Shown: positions 37,433-48,150 of the stretch, in pieces
Position numbering within the stretch: the stretch's first letter is position 1
Layout of the letters: each line of letters opens with the position of its first letter
Source of the DNA: an uncultured delta proteobacterium
Lineage (GTDB): Bacteria; Desulfobacterota; Binatia; Binatales; Binataceae
Length of the DNA: 64,000 bases
Assembly (NCBI GenBank): GCA_963711565.1
Contig: CAVQEQ010000004.1
Span: 1,088,001 to 1,152,000, forward strand
Reading direction: 5' to 3'
Translations under genes and position numbers: made by a program
Notes under the pieces: model-generated
The model's input: the letters and a program-made list of their open reading frames with translations, nothing else
The model's database searches: none
What the model was told of the DNA's origin: nothing

Positions 37433-39604
37433 GTGACTGACTCCATCGTTTCATCGGTAATTTCGTCGGCTCGTTCGAGTGGACGGACGGTTCTCACGGA
37501 AATTGAGGCCAAGCGAATCCTGCATTCGCTCGACTTGCCGGTCGTCGTGCCCGAGGCGGCCGCGACGGCTGACGACGCGGTGCGCGCGGCGGCGCGAATC
37601 GGCTTCCCGGTGGTGCTAAAAGTGCTGTCGCCGGAGGTCAGTCACAAAAGTGACGTCGGCGGCGTCGAGCTGAATCTCGGCGACGAGGCTGCCGTACGCG
37701 CCGCCTTCGATCGAATTCGCCGGAGCCTCGCCGCCAACGCCCGCGACGCTCACTTCGATGGCGTCGCCGTGCAGCCGATGGCGAAGCCCGGCGTCGAGCT
37801 CATTGCCGGGACCTTCCGCGACGAGCGCTTCGGCGCAATGGTGATGGTCGGGCTCGGCGGCGTATTCGTCGAAGTGATGAAGGATACCGCCCTAGCGATT
37901 GCGCCGATCGGCGGGCGCGAGGCGTCTGCGATGCTCGCACAGCTTCGCGGCGCTCAGATTCTGCGTGGCGTACGCGGTCAGCCGGGCGTTGATATCGACG
38001 GGATCGTATCACTGCTCGAAACCGTCTCTGGAATCGCATCGGCCCATCCCGACATCGCCGAGATGGATCTCAATCCGGTCGTCGCGTACGAGGACGGGTT
38101 CGCAATCCTCGATGCTCGAATCGTGCTGGCGGCAGAGTCGGGCAGGGTGACGCAGCCGGACCTGCACCATGCGGCGCGGCTCAAAAATCTTGAGCGCGCG
38201 TTCAACCCCCGCACGGTCGCCGTCATCGGCGACAAGCGGATGGGCGGCTACATGTGGCTGCGCGCGATGGCGCATCTCAAGGGCAAGCTCTACTCGGTGC
38301 AAATCGATCCTAACGAGATCCCGGGAATCGAGGCGCTAGGCGTCGAGAATCGCAAGAGCCTGGCCGAAATCACCGAGCCAATCGATTACGCGGTCAGCGC
38401 CGTCCCGCGCCAGATCGCGCCGCGAATCTTGAAGGATTGCGTCGCGAACCACGTCGGCTCGATCGGATTTTTCACGTCGGGATTTTCCGAGACCTCGGAA
38501 GAGCTGGGAATTCGCCTCGAGAACGAGCTGCGTGACCTTGCGCTCAACTCGGAAATCGCGCTGGTCGGCCCGAATTGCATGGGTCTGTACAGTCCGAGCG
38601 CCGGCCTGCGCAATTTTCCCGAGGAAAAAGTTGGAGAAGCGGGTGACGTTTGCTTCATCTCGCAGAGCGGCACGCACACGATCAACTTCTGCCTACAGGC
38701 GCCCAGCCACGGCATCAAGGTGAACAAGGCCGCCTCGATCGGCAACGTGCTGGTGCTCGAGGCCGCGGACTATATCGACCTGATGACCGCGGACCCAGCC
38801 ACGCGCGTGATTGGGATGTATATCGAAGGCGTGCGCGACGGCCGCCGCTTCTTCGACAGCGTCCGCCACGCGGCCGAGCGTCATCCGGTCGTCATCTGGA
38901 AGGGTGGGGTGACCGAGGCGGGCGCGCGCGCGACGTTTTCGCACACCGGCTCGCTCGCGACGCCTGAGGCGACCTGGCGCACTGTCGTGCGGCAAAGCGG
39001 CGCGGTCGAAGTCGCCAGCCTCGACGCGATGCTCGACGCTGTCGAGCTGTTCGCGCGCGCCAGACGCGTCGGCGGCAAGCGGATGGGCCTCGTCGCGATG
39101 ACCGGTGGGCAATCCGTGGTGATCACCGACACGTTCGCGACGGCGGGACTCGAGATTCCCGCGCTGTCGGACTCCTCCTACGATGAACTGAAGACCTTCT
39201 TCAACATTATCGGCGGCAGCTACCGCAATCCGCTTGACGCCGGCGGCACCATCGGCGCGGGCCACCATCAGGGCAATCTCGATCGCGTCCTTGAGATCCT
39301 CGAACGCGACCCCGTAATCGACGCAATCGTGCTCGAGGTCGGCACGGGCCTGCGCGCCGCGCGATGGGCCACGCACGAGGATGAGATCACGGGCCTGCTC
39401 GACAAGCTGGCGGACTTTGCCGGCCGCTCGACCAAGCCCTTCGCCGTCGTAATGCATCCCGCGCACGTCGAGGCTATCGTAGCCCGCGGCAAGGAGCTCG
39501 CCCGCGCGCGCGGCCTGATCGTATTCGATAGCTTCGAGCGCGCCGCGTCCGCCTTCCGGACCGTATCGGACTACTGGGAAAATCGCGCGCGGCTGAGCGG
39601 TTAA
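37433..39604 (+). CDS. Acetate/acyl-CoA ligase (ADP-forming) family, N-terminal ATP-grasp plus CoA-binding domains
   Basis: GFPVVLK..HKSDVGGV, MVGLGGVFVE, EMDLNP; GPNCMG, SQSG, SHTGSLA. Confidence 0.88.
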   Translation: MTDSIVSSVISSARSSGRTVLTEIEAKRILHSLDLPVVVPEAAATADDAVRAAARIGFPVVLKVLSPEVSHKSDVGGVELNLGDEAAVRAAFDRIRRSLAANARDAHFDGVAVQPMAKPGVELIAGTFRDERFGAMVMVGLGGVFVEVMKDTALAIAPIGGREASAMLAQLRGAQILRGVRGQPGVDIDGIVSLLETVSGIASAHPDIAEMDLNPVVAYEDGFAILDARIVLAAESGRVTQPDLHHAARLKNLERAFNPRTVAVIGDKRMGGYMWLRAMAHLKGKLYSVQIDPNEIPGIEALGVENRKSLAEITEPIDYAVSAVPRQIAPRILKDCVANHVGSIGFFTSGFSETSEELGIRLENELRDLALNSEIALVGPNCMGLYSPSAGLRNFPEEKVGEAGDVCFISQSGTHTINFCLQAPSHGIKVNKAASIGNVLVLEAADYIDLMTADPATRVIGMYIEGVRDGRRFFDSVRHAAERHPVVIWKGGVTEAGARATFSHTGSLATPEATWRTVVRQSGAVEVASLDAMLDAVELFARARRVGGKRMGLVAMTGGQSVVITDTFATAGLEIPALSDSSYDELKTFFNIIGGSYRNPLDAGGTIGAGHHQGNLDRVLEILERDPVIDAIVLEVGTGLRAARWATHEDEITGLLDKLADFAGRSTKPFAVVMHPAHVEAIVARGKELARARGLIVFDSFERAASAFRTVSDYWENRARLSG

Positions 39605-39699
39605 GTTCGATTGCGAAGATCGCGAGCGCGGCCCTGCTGCTGCGTGAGAGCGACTGCGTTGACAGCGCGCCGCTGTGACCCAAGACTTGGAAAGTAGAG

Positions 39700-40887
39700 G
39701 TGTTGAACATGGATCGTCTCCTATCCGAACGCGCCCGCCCTTATTTCGAGAAGGCGCAAAAGCTTGCACCGATAATTCGCGAGTATGCCGATCGCGCTGA
39801 ACGCGAGGCGCAGATGCCCCGCGAAGTTGCCGACGCCTTCCACGACTCCGGCCTGTTTCGGATTCTCGTGCCACGCAATATGGACGGCGGCGAACTGACG
39901 ATCCCCGATTCGTTGCGGCTCTGCGAAGAAGTATCCCGCATCGACGCGTTAACCGGATGGAATCTCGCCATTTGTGTGGGCGGTCCGATGTTTGGATACA
40001 ACCTCTCGCGTGCGGCTTTCGATAAAATTTTCTCCGATCCGCGCGGCGTGAGCGCGGGTTCGCTGAATCCCATGACCACCCAGGTGATCGCGGCAGACGG
40101 CGGATGGCGTTTCAGCGGCAAGGCCACCTATGCCAGCGCCTCGGCGCATGCGACCTACCTGATGGCGGCGGGGTTAGTCTTGCGCGACGGTGCGCCGCAA
40201 ATAGTCGATGGGCTTCCCCTGATGCGGGCCGGTGTCTTCCCGATCAAGCACGCGAAAATCCTCAACACCTGGTCGACTGCCGGGATGCGCGGCACCGGCA
40301 GCAACGACTGCGTGTTCGAAAACGTCCCGGTTCCCGATGAATTCACCTTCGATTGGCTCAACGCGAAATCGCCGTGGCAGCGCGGTCCATTCGAGAGCAT
40401 TCCATTGCAGCTGCAATTCGTCGGCAACCTGGTATCGGTGGTGCTCGGCACCGCGCGACACGCCCTCGACACCTTCAACGAAATCGCGCAAGCCAAAGTG
40501 CCGGCCGCGACCCGGGCCACGTTGCGCGAGCGCCCCATCGCGCAGACCCAGTACGCGCAGGCGGAAGGTCTGCTGAATGCGGCCCGCGCCTACTTTTACA
40601 ATTGCAACGACGAGATCTGGCGCAAGGGCGAGGCCGGCGAGAGCTTCAGCATCGAGGACCGCGCGCACGCGCGGCTCGCAGTAGTAACCGCCGCAAAGCT
40701 GGCAGTGCAGGCGGTCGACTTGGTCGCGGATGCGGCCGGAATGAACTCGGCGCAAACCTCGTGTCCCATCGAGCGATGCTGGCGCGACGTGCACACCGCC
40801 ACCCAGCACGTGCTGATGAATACGGCCCGCTTCGAAGTGGTAGGCCGCGTGCTATTCGGCCTGGATCCCGGCTCGCCAGTGATCTGA
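39700..40887 (+). CDS. Acyl-CoA dehydrogenase-fold flavin monooxygenase (HsaA-like)
   Basis: GWRFSGK..YAS, W...GMRGTGSND, IERCWRDVH...QH. Confidence 0.85.
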   Translation: MLNMDRLLSERARPYFEKAQKLAPIIREYADRAEREAQMPREVADAFHDSGLFRILVPRNMDGGELTIPDSLRLCEEVSRIDALTGWNLAICVGGPMFGYNLSRAAFDKIFSDPRGVSAGSLNPMTTQVIAADGGWRFSGKATYASASAHATYLMAAGLVLRDGAPQIVDGLPLMRAGVFPIKHAKILNTWSTAGMRGTGSNDCVFENVPVPDEFTFDWLNAKSPWQRGPFESIPLQLQFVGNLVSVVLGTARHALDTFNEIAQAKVPAATRATLRERPIAQTQYAQAEGLLNAARAYFYNCNDEIWRKGEAGESFSIEDRAHARLAVVTAAKLAVQAVDLVADAAGMNSAQTSCPIERCWRDVHTATQHVLMNTARFEVVGRVLFGLDPGSPVI

Positions 40888-40962
40888 AAGCATCTGGTGT
40901 ACGAAAAGGCCGGGATGTGCAATCAGGGCAGTTCAGCCTCGGAATTTATGATCATGCCCACC

Positions 40963-41235
40963 ATGAGAAAATCCACAAACCCGGCGGTCACTACGGCGGT
41001 AGCACGCAAGAACTTCTCTGATCTGATAAACCGGGTGGCGTACGGCAAAGACCGCGTCGTTCTGACTCGCCGCAACAAGCCATTGGCGGCAGTGGTGCCA
41101 ATCGAAGATATCGCGCTGATCGAGGAGATAGAGGACCGCGAGGATTTGAAGGCCGCCCAAGCCGCCCTTCGCGAAGTTAAACGGAAAGGCACGATCCCGT
41201 GGGCACGCATTAAGAAGGAGCTGAACCTGCCCTGA
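40963..41235 (+). CDS. Phd/YefM family antitoxin (no adjacent toxin)
   Basis: ARKNFSDLINRVAYGKDRVVLTRRNKPLAAVVP; acidic EEIEDREDL tail. Confidence 0.85.
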   Translation: MRKSTNPAVTTAVARKNFSDLINRVAYGKDRVVLTRRNKPLAAVVPIEDIALIEEIEDREDLKAAQAALREVKRKGTIPWARIKKELNLP

Positions 41236-41266
41236 CTTTGCAATGGTATATGCGATCGACTCTGGT

Positions 41267-41533
41267 CCGGTTCCCCCTTTCCGGGCCGGAAAGGGGCCAA
41301 GGGGATAGGACGGTGGCAACTACGCCGGCGTTCCGGTTCCCCCTTTCCGGCTCGGAAAGGGGGCCAGGGGGATAGGACGGTCCGCAACTACGCCGGCGTT
41401 CCGGTTCCCCCTTTCCGGCTCGGAAAGGGGGCCAGGGGGATAGGACGGTGGCAAGCACGGGATTTTTCTGTTCCCCTTCCCCATTCTTTCTGGGGAAGGG
41501 GTTAGGGGTTAGGGCTTTGTTCTTCAGGTTATT
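41267..41533 (+). repeat. Composite REP/BIME-like element: three ~67-bp hairpin units plus a G-tract end module
   Basis: Units start at 41267, 41333, 41401 (CCCCCTTTCCG-x-CGGAAAGGGGG + GGGGATAGG); end module CCCCTTCCCCA..TGGGGAAGGGGTTAGGGGTTAGGG. Confidence 0.85.
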
Positions 41534-41592
41534 AACCTGACACTACACTAGAGGCGCGTTACAAAAGCTCTCGCGCAAAGTTCAGGATGATG

Positions 41593-42984
41593 TTACTCCG
41601 GCGGTTCGAGCACGCTCATCACCGTGCCCGTCGTCGCGTCCCCGTCGAGGAACGCGAGCCAGCGTCCCTTGAGCGACCAGCTCATCGTGACGATGCCTTC
41701 GGCCGGACCTTCGGCCAGTAGAAACCCACTGTCGTAGCGGAGCGAGTACGTCACGATCTTTCGCCATGGCACTGGCTTGCTCGGCGCGTAGATTTCCATC
41801 GCGGCTTCGTCAGCGCCCTTCGAAAAGGCCATCGTGCTCTGCGCGAGCATGTCCGGCCACGTATCGAAGCCGAGCGACTTCACATCGACCTCGGTCAGGT
41901 CGGCCTGCGCTATCGCGACCTGCGCGACGACCGGCTCTTCGGGACGCTCGATCGCCCGCGTGAACGAGAGATCCCGATTCCCCAGCGTGAGCGTGTCGCT
42001 GCCGGCCGTAAACGAGGCCGCGCCCGTCGACGCGCCCATCAAATGTTCCGCGCCGGTCGTAATGTTGTACTTGAATACGCCAATCGTGTGGCGCGTCGGG
42101 TCAGGCCCAACGTAGAGAAACGATCCTTCGTCATCATTGTCCCAATCGAGCACGTGGATCGGTTCGCGTACGTGGAACCTGGTGCAGGTCCCGGCGCGCC
42201 GATCGATTATTACCGGCGCGGCGCCCGCGTCGCCCTGTCCGACCGCGTAGACGCCGTGCGCGCTCCAACTGAGCGGCGACATCGGACACGACAACTTCAT
42301 CGGCACGACGGAACCGGCGCCGGTAATGACGACCAACTGCAATCCGTCCGACAGACTTGGCGGCGGCTGGACGTCCGGCTGATCCGGATCGAACTTCGGC
42401 GGTTCTTCAGTGACGCCGGATTCTTCCGGCGGCGCGGGATGCTGCCGCAGCGCCAGCGCGATCGTCGCATCGTTCAGCCAACTCAACGAGATCGAATCGA
42501 AGCGGCCATTGAAGTTCGCGATCGCGTTGCCCGGCCCGGTCGCGATCAGGTCGCGAATGATGAGGTCGACTCGATCGCCGCCCGGCGCGACCATCGCCGT
42601 CGCCAGCGTCAACCCGTTGGGGCTCACCGCCAGGTCGGCGATCGTTCCCTCCTCGGCGGCGGCCGGCCCCGTCTCTGCCGCGAGGATTCGGCCGGTTCGC
42701 CACCCGGCGCCTCCCAGCCCATACATAATCGTATGTCCCGCCTGCGTCCCGACGACGCCGATCTCCTCGCCATTTTGCATCCAGATCGGAGCACGCGTGG
42801 CAATCGGCGCGAACCCGTTCGGCATCGCGACATCGGTCAGCACCTTGATCCCGTTGGTGACCGCAAGCGTCGTCGAACGCGCGAGAAATGGCGGCGGCCC
42901 CGGCTTGGGCGCCTTCGTAGTCGAGCACGACGCAACGCTCACGACGGTGAAGGCGAGAATCAGGATGAGGACAGACCTGGGCAT
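41593..42984 (-). CDS. Hypothetical lipoprotein, probable beta-propeller
   Basis: Lipobox VASC; repeated LAVSPNG / LSWS..G blade-like motifs. Confidence 0.65.
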   Translation of the reverse strand: MPRSVLILILAFTVVSVASCSTTKAPKPGPPPFLARSTTLAVTNGIKVLTDVAMPNGFAPIATRAPIWMQNGEEIGVVGTQAGHTIMYGLGGAGWRTGRILAAETGPAAAEEGTIADLAVSPNGLTLATAMVAPGGDRVDLIIRDLIATGPGNAIANFNGRFDSISLSWLNDATIALALRQHPAPPEESGVTEEPPKFDPDQPDVQPPPSLSDGLQLVVITGAGSVVPMKLSCPMSPLSWSAHGVYAVGQGDAGAAPVIIDRRAGTCTRFHVREPIHVLDWDNDDEGSFLYVGPDPTRHTIGVFKYNITTGAEHLMGASTGAASFTAGSDTLTLGNRDLSFTRAIERPEEPVVAQVAIAQADLTEVDVKSLGFDTWPDMLAQSTMAFSKGADEAAMEIYAPSKPVPWRKIVTYSLRYDSGFLLAEGPAEGIVTMSWSLKGRWLAFLDGDATTGTVMSVLEPPE

Positions 42985-43036
42985 CGAAAAGCGGTAGTCT
43001 ATTTGGACCAATCAAAAAAGGCGACCGATCCAGCGA

Positions 43037-44853
43037 ATGAAGAACCCGTTTATTGAACGTCTGTGGATAAACCGCGAGGTCCGACTCGCAATCATTGTCA
43101 CGATTCTGGGTGTCGTCGGCGTAGTGGCCTGCGCTTATGGCCACTGGAAGGTGGGCATCGCCGTCCTTGGCATCGCCGCCGCGATTGTCGCCGCCTTCTA
43201 TTTTGCCGTCGTCAAGCCCGCGCGAATACCGCGTGATGCCGTCCTGGTAATTCGGCTCGCGGGCCCAATCGAAGAGGACGTAACGCGCTCGCCGCTCGAT
43301 CAAATACTGCGCCGCGGCGCGAATAGTCTCGACCATCTCCGCTACGCGCTGGAGTCGGCGGCAACCGACGACCGCGTCCGTGCGATCGTCGTCGAGATCG
43401 CGGGCTTTGGCGCGGCCTGGCCACCGCGCACGAAGTGCATCGCCTGATGCGCGCCGCGCAGACCGGCGGCAAGCGCGTGATCGCGCTGCTGCGCGGCGAT
43501 GATGCCGGACTGCGCGAATACCTGGTCGCGTCGGGCGCCGGCGAGATCGTCGCCAATCCCGACATGATGCTCACGATGCTCGGTGTGGCGACCGGCGGCG
43601 TCTTTCTCAAGAACGCGCTCGACAAGCTGAAAATCCAGGCGCAGACGCTGCAATGGAAAGAGTACAAGGGCGCCGCCGAGACCCTTGGCCGCGACGCGAT
43701 GTCGCCAGCGGTGCGCGAGAGCATGGAGGCGATCGTCGCGGACTGGGAGAAAATCCTCGTCGAAGCGATCGCGTCGGCCCGCAAACTCTCTCCTGAAAAA
43801 GCGCGCGATCTGATCGCCGCGGGCTTCGTCAGCGCAAAGTTCGCCGTCGAGAATCATCTGATCGACCGCGAAGGCTACATCGAGGACATCCGCGCTGAAT
43901 TCGATCCCGAGTCCAGGCGCAAAGTGTTCGTCAGCCTGGCGCGCTACCGGCGCCACGCAATCTTCACCCGCGAGCGCGGGATACGCGCGCGAATCGCACT
44001 CGTGCACGCCAGCGGCCCGGTAATATCGGGCGACGCGCCGCCGACCGGCGAATACATCAGCGGCGTCGCAACCGCCGCGCAAATCGATCGCGCCTCGCGC
44101 GACGAACAGGTCAAAGCAATCGTGTTCCGCGTCAATTCACCCGGCGGCTCCGCCGTCGGCTCCGACCTGGTGTGGCGCGCCGTGCGCGAGGCGCAGGGCC
44201 GCGGCAAGCCCGTCGTCGTCTCGATGGGCGACGTGGCGGGCTCGGGCGGCTACTACGTCGCGGCCGGCGCCGACGCGATCGTCGCCGAACCCGCGACCAT
44301 CACCGGCTCAATCGGCGTCGTTTACGCGAAGTTCAATCTGGGGAGCCTGCTCACCGAGCTCGGCGTCCATTTCGATTTCGTCAAGAGCGCGCCCATCAGC
44401 GACGCGATGTCGTTTGCGCGCGCGATGACCGACGCCGAGCTCGCGCAGCTCAACGAGACGGTCGGCCATCTCTACTCGGCGTTCACCGCCAAGGTCGCGC
44501 AGGGTCGGCGTCTCAGTCCCGAGCAGGCGGAAGCCGTCGCCAAGGGACGCATCTGGAGCGGTCTCGCCGCGAAGGAGCGCGGCCTCATCGACGAGGTCGG
44601 CGGCCTCTCGACTGCGATCGCAATCGCGCGAGACCGCGCACACATCGCCGCGGATCGCCCCCATCAACTCGTGACCTATCGCGCCGAGCGGCGATGGCTG
44701 GATTTCCGCGGCAGCAGTATGGAAGTCGCGACACCGTGGGCAATTCGCGCCGCATCCGGAGCGCTCGGCATCCCAGCCCGCTGGACACCCGCGATGCTCG
44801 AGCTGCTAATCCGCGGCGGCGTGATGCTCGTCTGCCCGTTCGTCGAGCTGTAG
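43037..44853 (+). CDS. sppA: Signal peptide peptidase SppA (long type), -1 frameshift near 43414
   Basis: Second ORF has EYKGAAE, RVNSPGGS, VVSMGDVAGSGGYY, TITGSIGV, KGRIWSG; first ORF supplies the TM anchor and DDRVRAIVV. Confidence 0.85.
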
Positions 44854-44861
44854 TGCCGCCG

Positions 44862-45785
44862 CTACTCGGGCGAGCGTTCCAATTCCTCGCGCAGCGACAG
44901 CATCTTCTGGCGCGCCTCGTTGATGTAGCCGTCGAGGTTGCGGCGATGATTCGCGAACAGCCCATCCGGCGAGCCGTTCAGCACGATTAACGGCTTCATG
45001 ACGGCGGCTTGGCCGAGCGCATTTACCGCATCGTCGAACAGCGTCTTCAACACCGGGTCGTCCTTGAGCTGGCCTTTGTATTCGCGCTCGATCGCTTGCA
45101 TCATGTGATACATCACGTGCGCGTAACCCTGCGAATGGTAGAAATAGTGGTCGCAATCCCAGCTATGCACCGGGCTGCCATCGTCCTTTGTCGTGCGGTA
45201 GAGGTTCGCATGCGCGTCGCCAAGCAGGTCGGTCCACGTCTGGAGCAGGCTGATTAGCTCGACGGCCCGGGTGTTGAGCTCACGCGAGGTCGGCGGCGTG
45301 GTATGCAACCCGGCGACGTACATTCGCAGATGCTCGATGCCGTCTTCGTACTTGCCTTCGGGCGACGGCAGAATCCACTTCAGCGCGTCGTTCCGAAAAT
45401 CAGTGTCGGCGATCACAAGATTTGGATCGTACTGATTCGAGGACACCTTGGTCAGGTGGTCCTTGAAGATGCGCATCGTCTCGCGCACCGCCTGAATTAT
45501 ACCGAGCTGGCGGTCCGCGTTATTGTCGGCGCCGACTTTCGGTCCCCAGATGTAGAGATCGTTGGGACGCCAGCCGAAACCGGTGTGCAGCTCATGGTCC
45601 ATGATTGCGGCCAGCGTCGAGGCGTAGATCTCGCCGGGCACCGTCGGTTTATCAGGCGGGAAGACCTCGTCGATGTTGTAGTCGAGACGATCATGGTGAA
45701 TCTGGCCGAAGTGAAGCGCGAGGTTGCCGCCAATCCAGACGAGCAGGAGGGCCGCCGCCCCTATTAGAAGTCGGTTCCGGGTCAT
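44862..45785 (-). CDS. DUF2333-like membrane-anchored protein
   Basis: N-terminal TM; GWRPND, DN..RQLG, D..FY..QG and P.IVLNG...FANH pattern recalled from DUF2333. Confidence 0.65.
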   Translation of the reverse strand: MTRNRLLIGAAALLLVWIGGNLALHFGQIHHDRLDYNIDEVFPPDKPTVPGEIYASTLAAIMDHELHTGFGWRPNDLYIWGPKVGADNNADRQLGIIQAVRETMRIFKDHLTKVSSNQYDPNLVIADTDFRNDALKWILPSPEGKYEDGIEHLRMYVAGLHTTPPTSRELNTRAVELISLLQTWTDLLGDAHANLYRTTKDDGSPVHSWDCDHYFYHSQGYAHVMYHMMQAIEREYKGQLKDDPVLKTLFDDAVNALGQAAVMKPLIVLNGSPDGLFANHRRNLDGYINEARQKMLSLREELERSPE

Positions 45786-45814
45786 CGCCGGAGGGAACTA
45801 TATCAGGATTGAAG

Positions 45815-46609
45815 CTACGCCGCGCGCAGTGGAACTACTGCGGCAGTTGCGCCTTTGAGTTCATCGCGACTTGTGCCCAACTGCTTAAGTAATGGCAGCA
45901 CGGCGCGCGTGAAGAACAGGCGCGGACTGATCCCGCCGCCGCCAAGGCGAAGGTTCTCCTGATAGTTCGGAATCAGGCCGTCGCCCGGCATCTTGAAATT
46001 CGCGAGCACGTGAGCGAGGTCGGCCAGCGTGCCAACGCGGTCTTCGGCCATCTCGATCGCGATCATTTCCCGGTAGAAGCCGGCGTGAGCAGCCTCGTCG
46101 CGGCTGACCAGGAAGAAGACCGCCTCGAGCGTCGGGTCGTGCTCGAGTTCCGCGCGATCCTTCTGCGCGCGATACGCAAGATAGGTCGCCGATTCCTGCA
46201 GCGCCCCGTAGCAACTCATCTGGCGGCGGGTCGGAAATGGGAACTTCCACGATCGCGAAAATACGTCCGCTTCCAACCTGTCGAATTGCGCCTGTGTCCG
46301 CAGCCCGGAACGGATCAGGTACTCGCGGAACACGAGCCCATGGCGCGATTCTTCGTAGCTCCACGCATTCTGAAACCATGCGAGCCCGAACACGCCGCGC
46401 AACAACTCGTTACCCGCGGCCGTGTAGTCCGGCAGGAACATCTCCTCGGCGCAGTACGTCTCGATCCGAATCGCGCGCGCTTCCGTGTTCGCTACGGACG
46501 AAACTTTGTCCCACGGCACGTCTTCGAAAAGATTCCAGCGGCGCTTGCGTTCCGCAGTCTCAAAGAACTCCATGTACGCGCGGTAATACTTCTCTTTTGG
46601 GGTCATCAA
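45815..46609 (-). CDS. Acyl-ACP desaturase-like ferritin-fold di-iron protein
   Basis: E..LPDY, WSYEESRHG, LQE.AT..AY, RDEAAH, FKMPG. Confidence 0.8.
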   Translation of the reverse strand: MMTPKEKYYRAYMEFFETAERKRRWNLFEDVPWDKVSSVANTEARAIRIETYCAEEMFLPDYTAAGNELLRGVFGLAWFQNAWSYEESRHGLVFREYLIRSGLRTQAQFDRLEADVFSRSWKFPFPTRRQMSCYGALQESATYLAYRAQKDRAELEHDPTLEAVFFLVSRDEAAHAGFYREMIAIEMAEDRVGTLADLAHVLANFKMPGDGLIPNYQENLRLGGGGISPRLFFTRAVLPLLKQLGTSRDELKGATAAVVPLRAA

Positions 46610-46717
46610 TCAACAGTCGGAGGAGTCGGACGAAACTATGGGTAGCAGGTTAGCACGCAGCCGATCGATTACCTAACCGAAGGTGTTACCCAGAGAACAA
46701 CTTTCGGCTTATGGTAC

Positions 46718-47989
46718 TCAGAAAATACTTAATAAACGTTTAGTCATCGAGCTGCTCTTGGCAACGTCGGATGGTGCAAGCAATGCGATCGTGGCGACCG
46801 ATTTGCCCTCTGCGGTCACATTTGCCGTGCCGATCTGCTGGCCCGCCTTGACCGGAGCCGCAACCGACGGTGGCAGGTTGTAATCGACTTTGATCCCGTT
46901 GCTCGCGCCTCCACGCTTTACGAATACTCCCGCGTCGCCGCCCCAAATCGGCTTAATGCTGGCAGTATCGGCGTCAGTTAGCGCAACCGATTGCGTGATT
47001 GGCGCGCCTTTCTTCGCCACCTGCTCAATCTCGTAGTTGAGAAATCCCTGCGACAGCATCTCGGACGCTTCCTTGAAATTAGTCAGCTTGTGCTGACTGC
47101 CGAGCACCACCGCGATTAGCCGCAGATCATTGCGTTTTGCAGTGGCGACCACGTTGAACCCCGCCTTGTCGTAGAACCCGGTCTTGAGGCCGTCGCATCC
47201 CGGATACGTCCGCACCAGGTGATTGGTGTTGCGCAGAATGAACGTACCCGCGCGAAACGGCGCAGTGTCGATCGACGACCATCGGATCACGTCGGGATAT
47301 TTCAGCAGCTCGCGCGCAAGAATCGCCTGGTCGTACGCACTCGCAACGTCGGCTTGCTGCCCTTTCGCCGGCGGCAATCCGTGAACCGAGTAGTAGTGCG
47401 AATCTTTCATTCCAATCGCGGCGGCCTGCTGGTTCATCATCACCACGAACGCGTCCGTCGATCCCGCGATATACTCCGCGACCGCCACCGACGCGTCGTT
47501 GGCCGAATGCACGACCACGGCCTTCATCATGTCGTCGAGCGAAAACGTCTCGCCTTCCTTAAGATAGACTTGGGAACCGCCCATCTCCGCCGCCTTGGCC
47601 GACGTTGTTACGTTGTCGGTCAGCTTGAGCGATCCGTCGTGGATTTTCTCGGCGACGATCAGCATCAGCATCATCTTGGCGAGCGAGGCGGTCGGCCACG
47701 GCGCGTGAGCGTTGGGCGACTCGAAGATGACGGTGCCGGTTGTGGGTTCGAGCACGCACGCCTCGGAGTACGCACCCAGCGCGGCATTCGACGCACTGGC
47801 GGCGTTTTCCTCCGACGCGTCGGCCGCAGCAGCCGCGGCATGATGACGCCGCGCCGCAAAGGCGCTGTGCACCGACACCAGCGCGGCGAGCATGATCGTC
47901 ACCGCGACGAAACCAAATTTCCGGCTAGTGACAGTGGCGCGGGCCGCCGTGCCCGCGGGCGATTCGTCGCATCGCGAAATAACCTTCAT
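46718..47989 (-). CDS. D-alanyl-D-alanine carboxypeptidase (PBP5/DacA family)
   Basis: ASLAK (SxxK), SAND (SxN), GLKTG; PBP5 C-terminal APVKAGQ.IG. Confidence 0.92.
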   Translation of the reverse strand: MKVISRCDESPAGTAARATVTSRKFGFVAVTIMLAALVSVHSAFAARRHHAAAAAADASEENAASASNAALGAYSEACVLEPTTGTVIFESPNAHAPWPTASLAKMMLMLIVAEKIHDGSLKLTDNVTTSAKAAEMGGSQVYLKEGETFSLDDMMKAVVVHSANDASVAVAEYIAGSTDAFVVMMNQQAAAIGMKDSHYYSVHGLPPAKGQQADVASAYDQAILARELLKYPDVIRWSSIDTAPFRAGTFILRNTNHLVRTYPGCDGLKTGFYDKAGFNVVATAKRNDLRLIAVVLGSQHKLTNFKEASEMLSQGFLNYEIEQVAKKGAPITQSVALTDADTASIKPIWGGDAGVFVKRGGASNGIKVDYNLPPSVAAPVKAGQQIGTANVTAEGKSVATIALLAPSDVAKSSSMTKRLLSIF

Positions 47990-48107
47990 CACGTACCACC
48001 TCCACATCACATCAGGACAACTGATCGAACGAGAGAATTCTATCCAACAAGTCTCGCGGCGGCGAGCGGTGTCCCGAATAACATGAAGCGGTCGGCGGTC
48101 AGCAGCT

Positions 48108-48150
48108 GTCATCCTGACAAAGCGAGCAACGGGAGCGGCAGGAAGGATCT
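48108..48150 (+). repeat. Degenerate GTCAT-type REP-like palindrome
   Basis: TGTCATCCTGAC...GAAGGATCTC; related copy at 49374-49410. Confidence 0.45.

Noticed and set aside
40923-41458. Minus-strand ORFs over the repeat array, and 60372-60628 over its twin
   Set aside because: Their repeated peptides are simply translations of the DNA repeat
41267-41460. Tandem ~67-bp palindromic units as a CRISPR array
   Set aside because: Inter-repeat segments are near-identical rather than unique spacers, repeats are too long and G/C-tract based, and no cas genes are present
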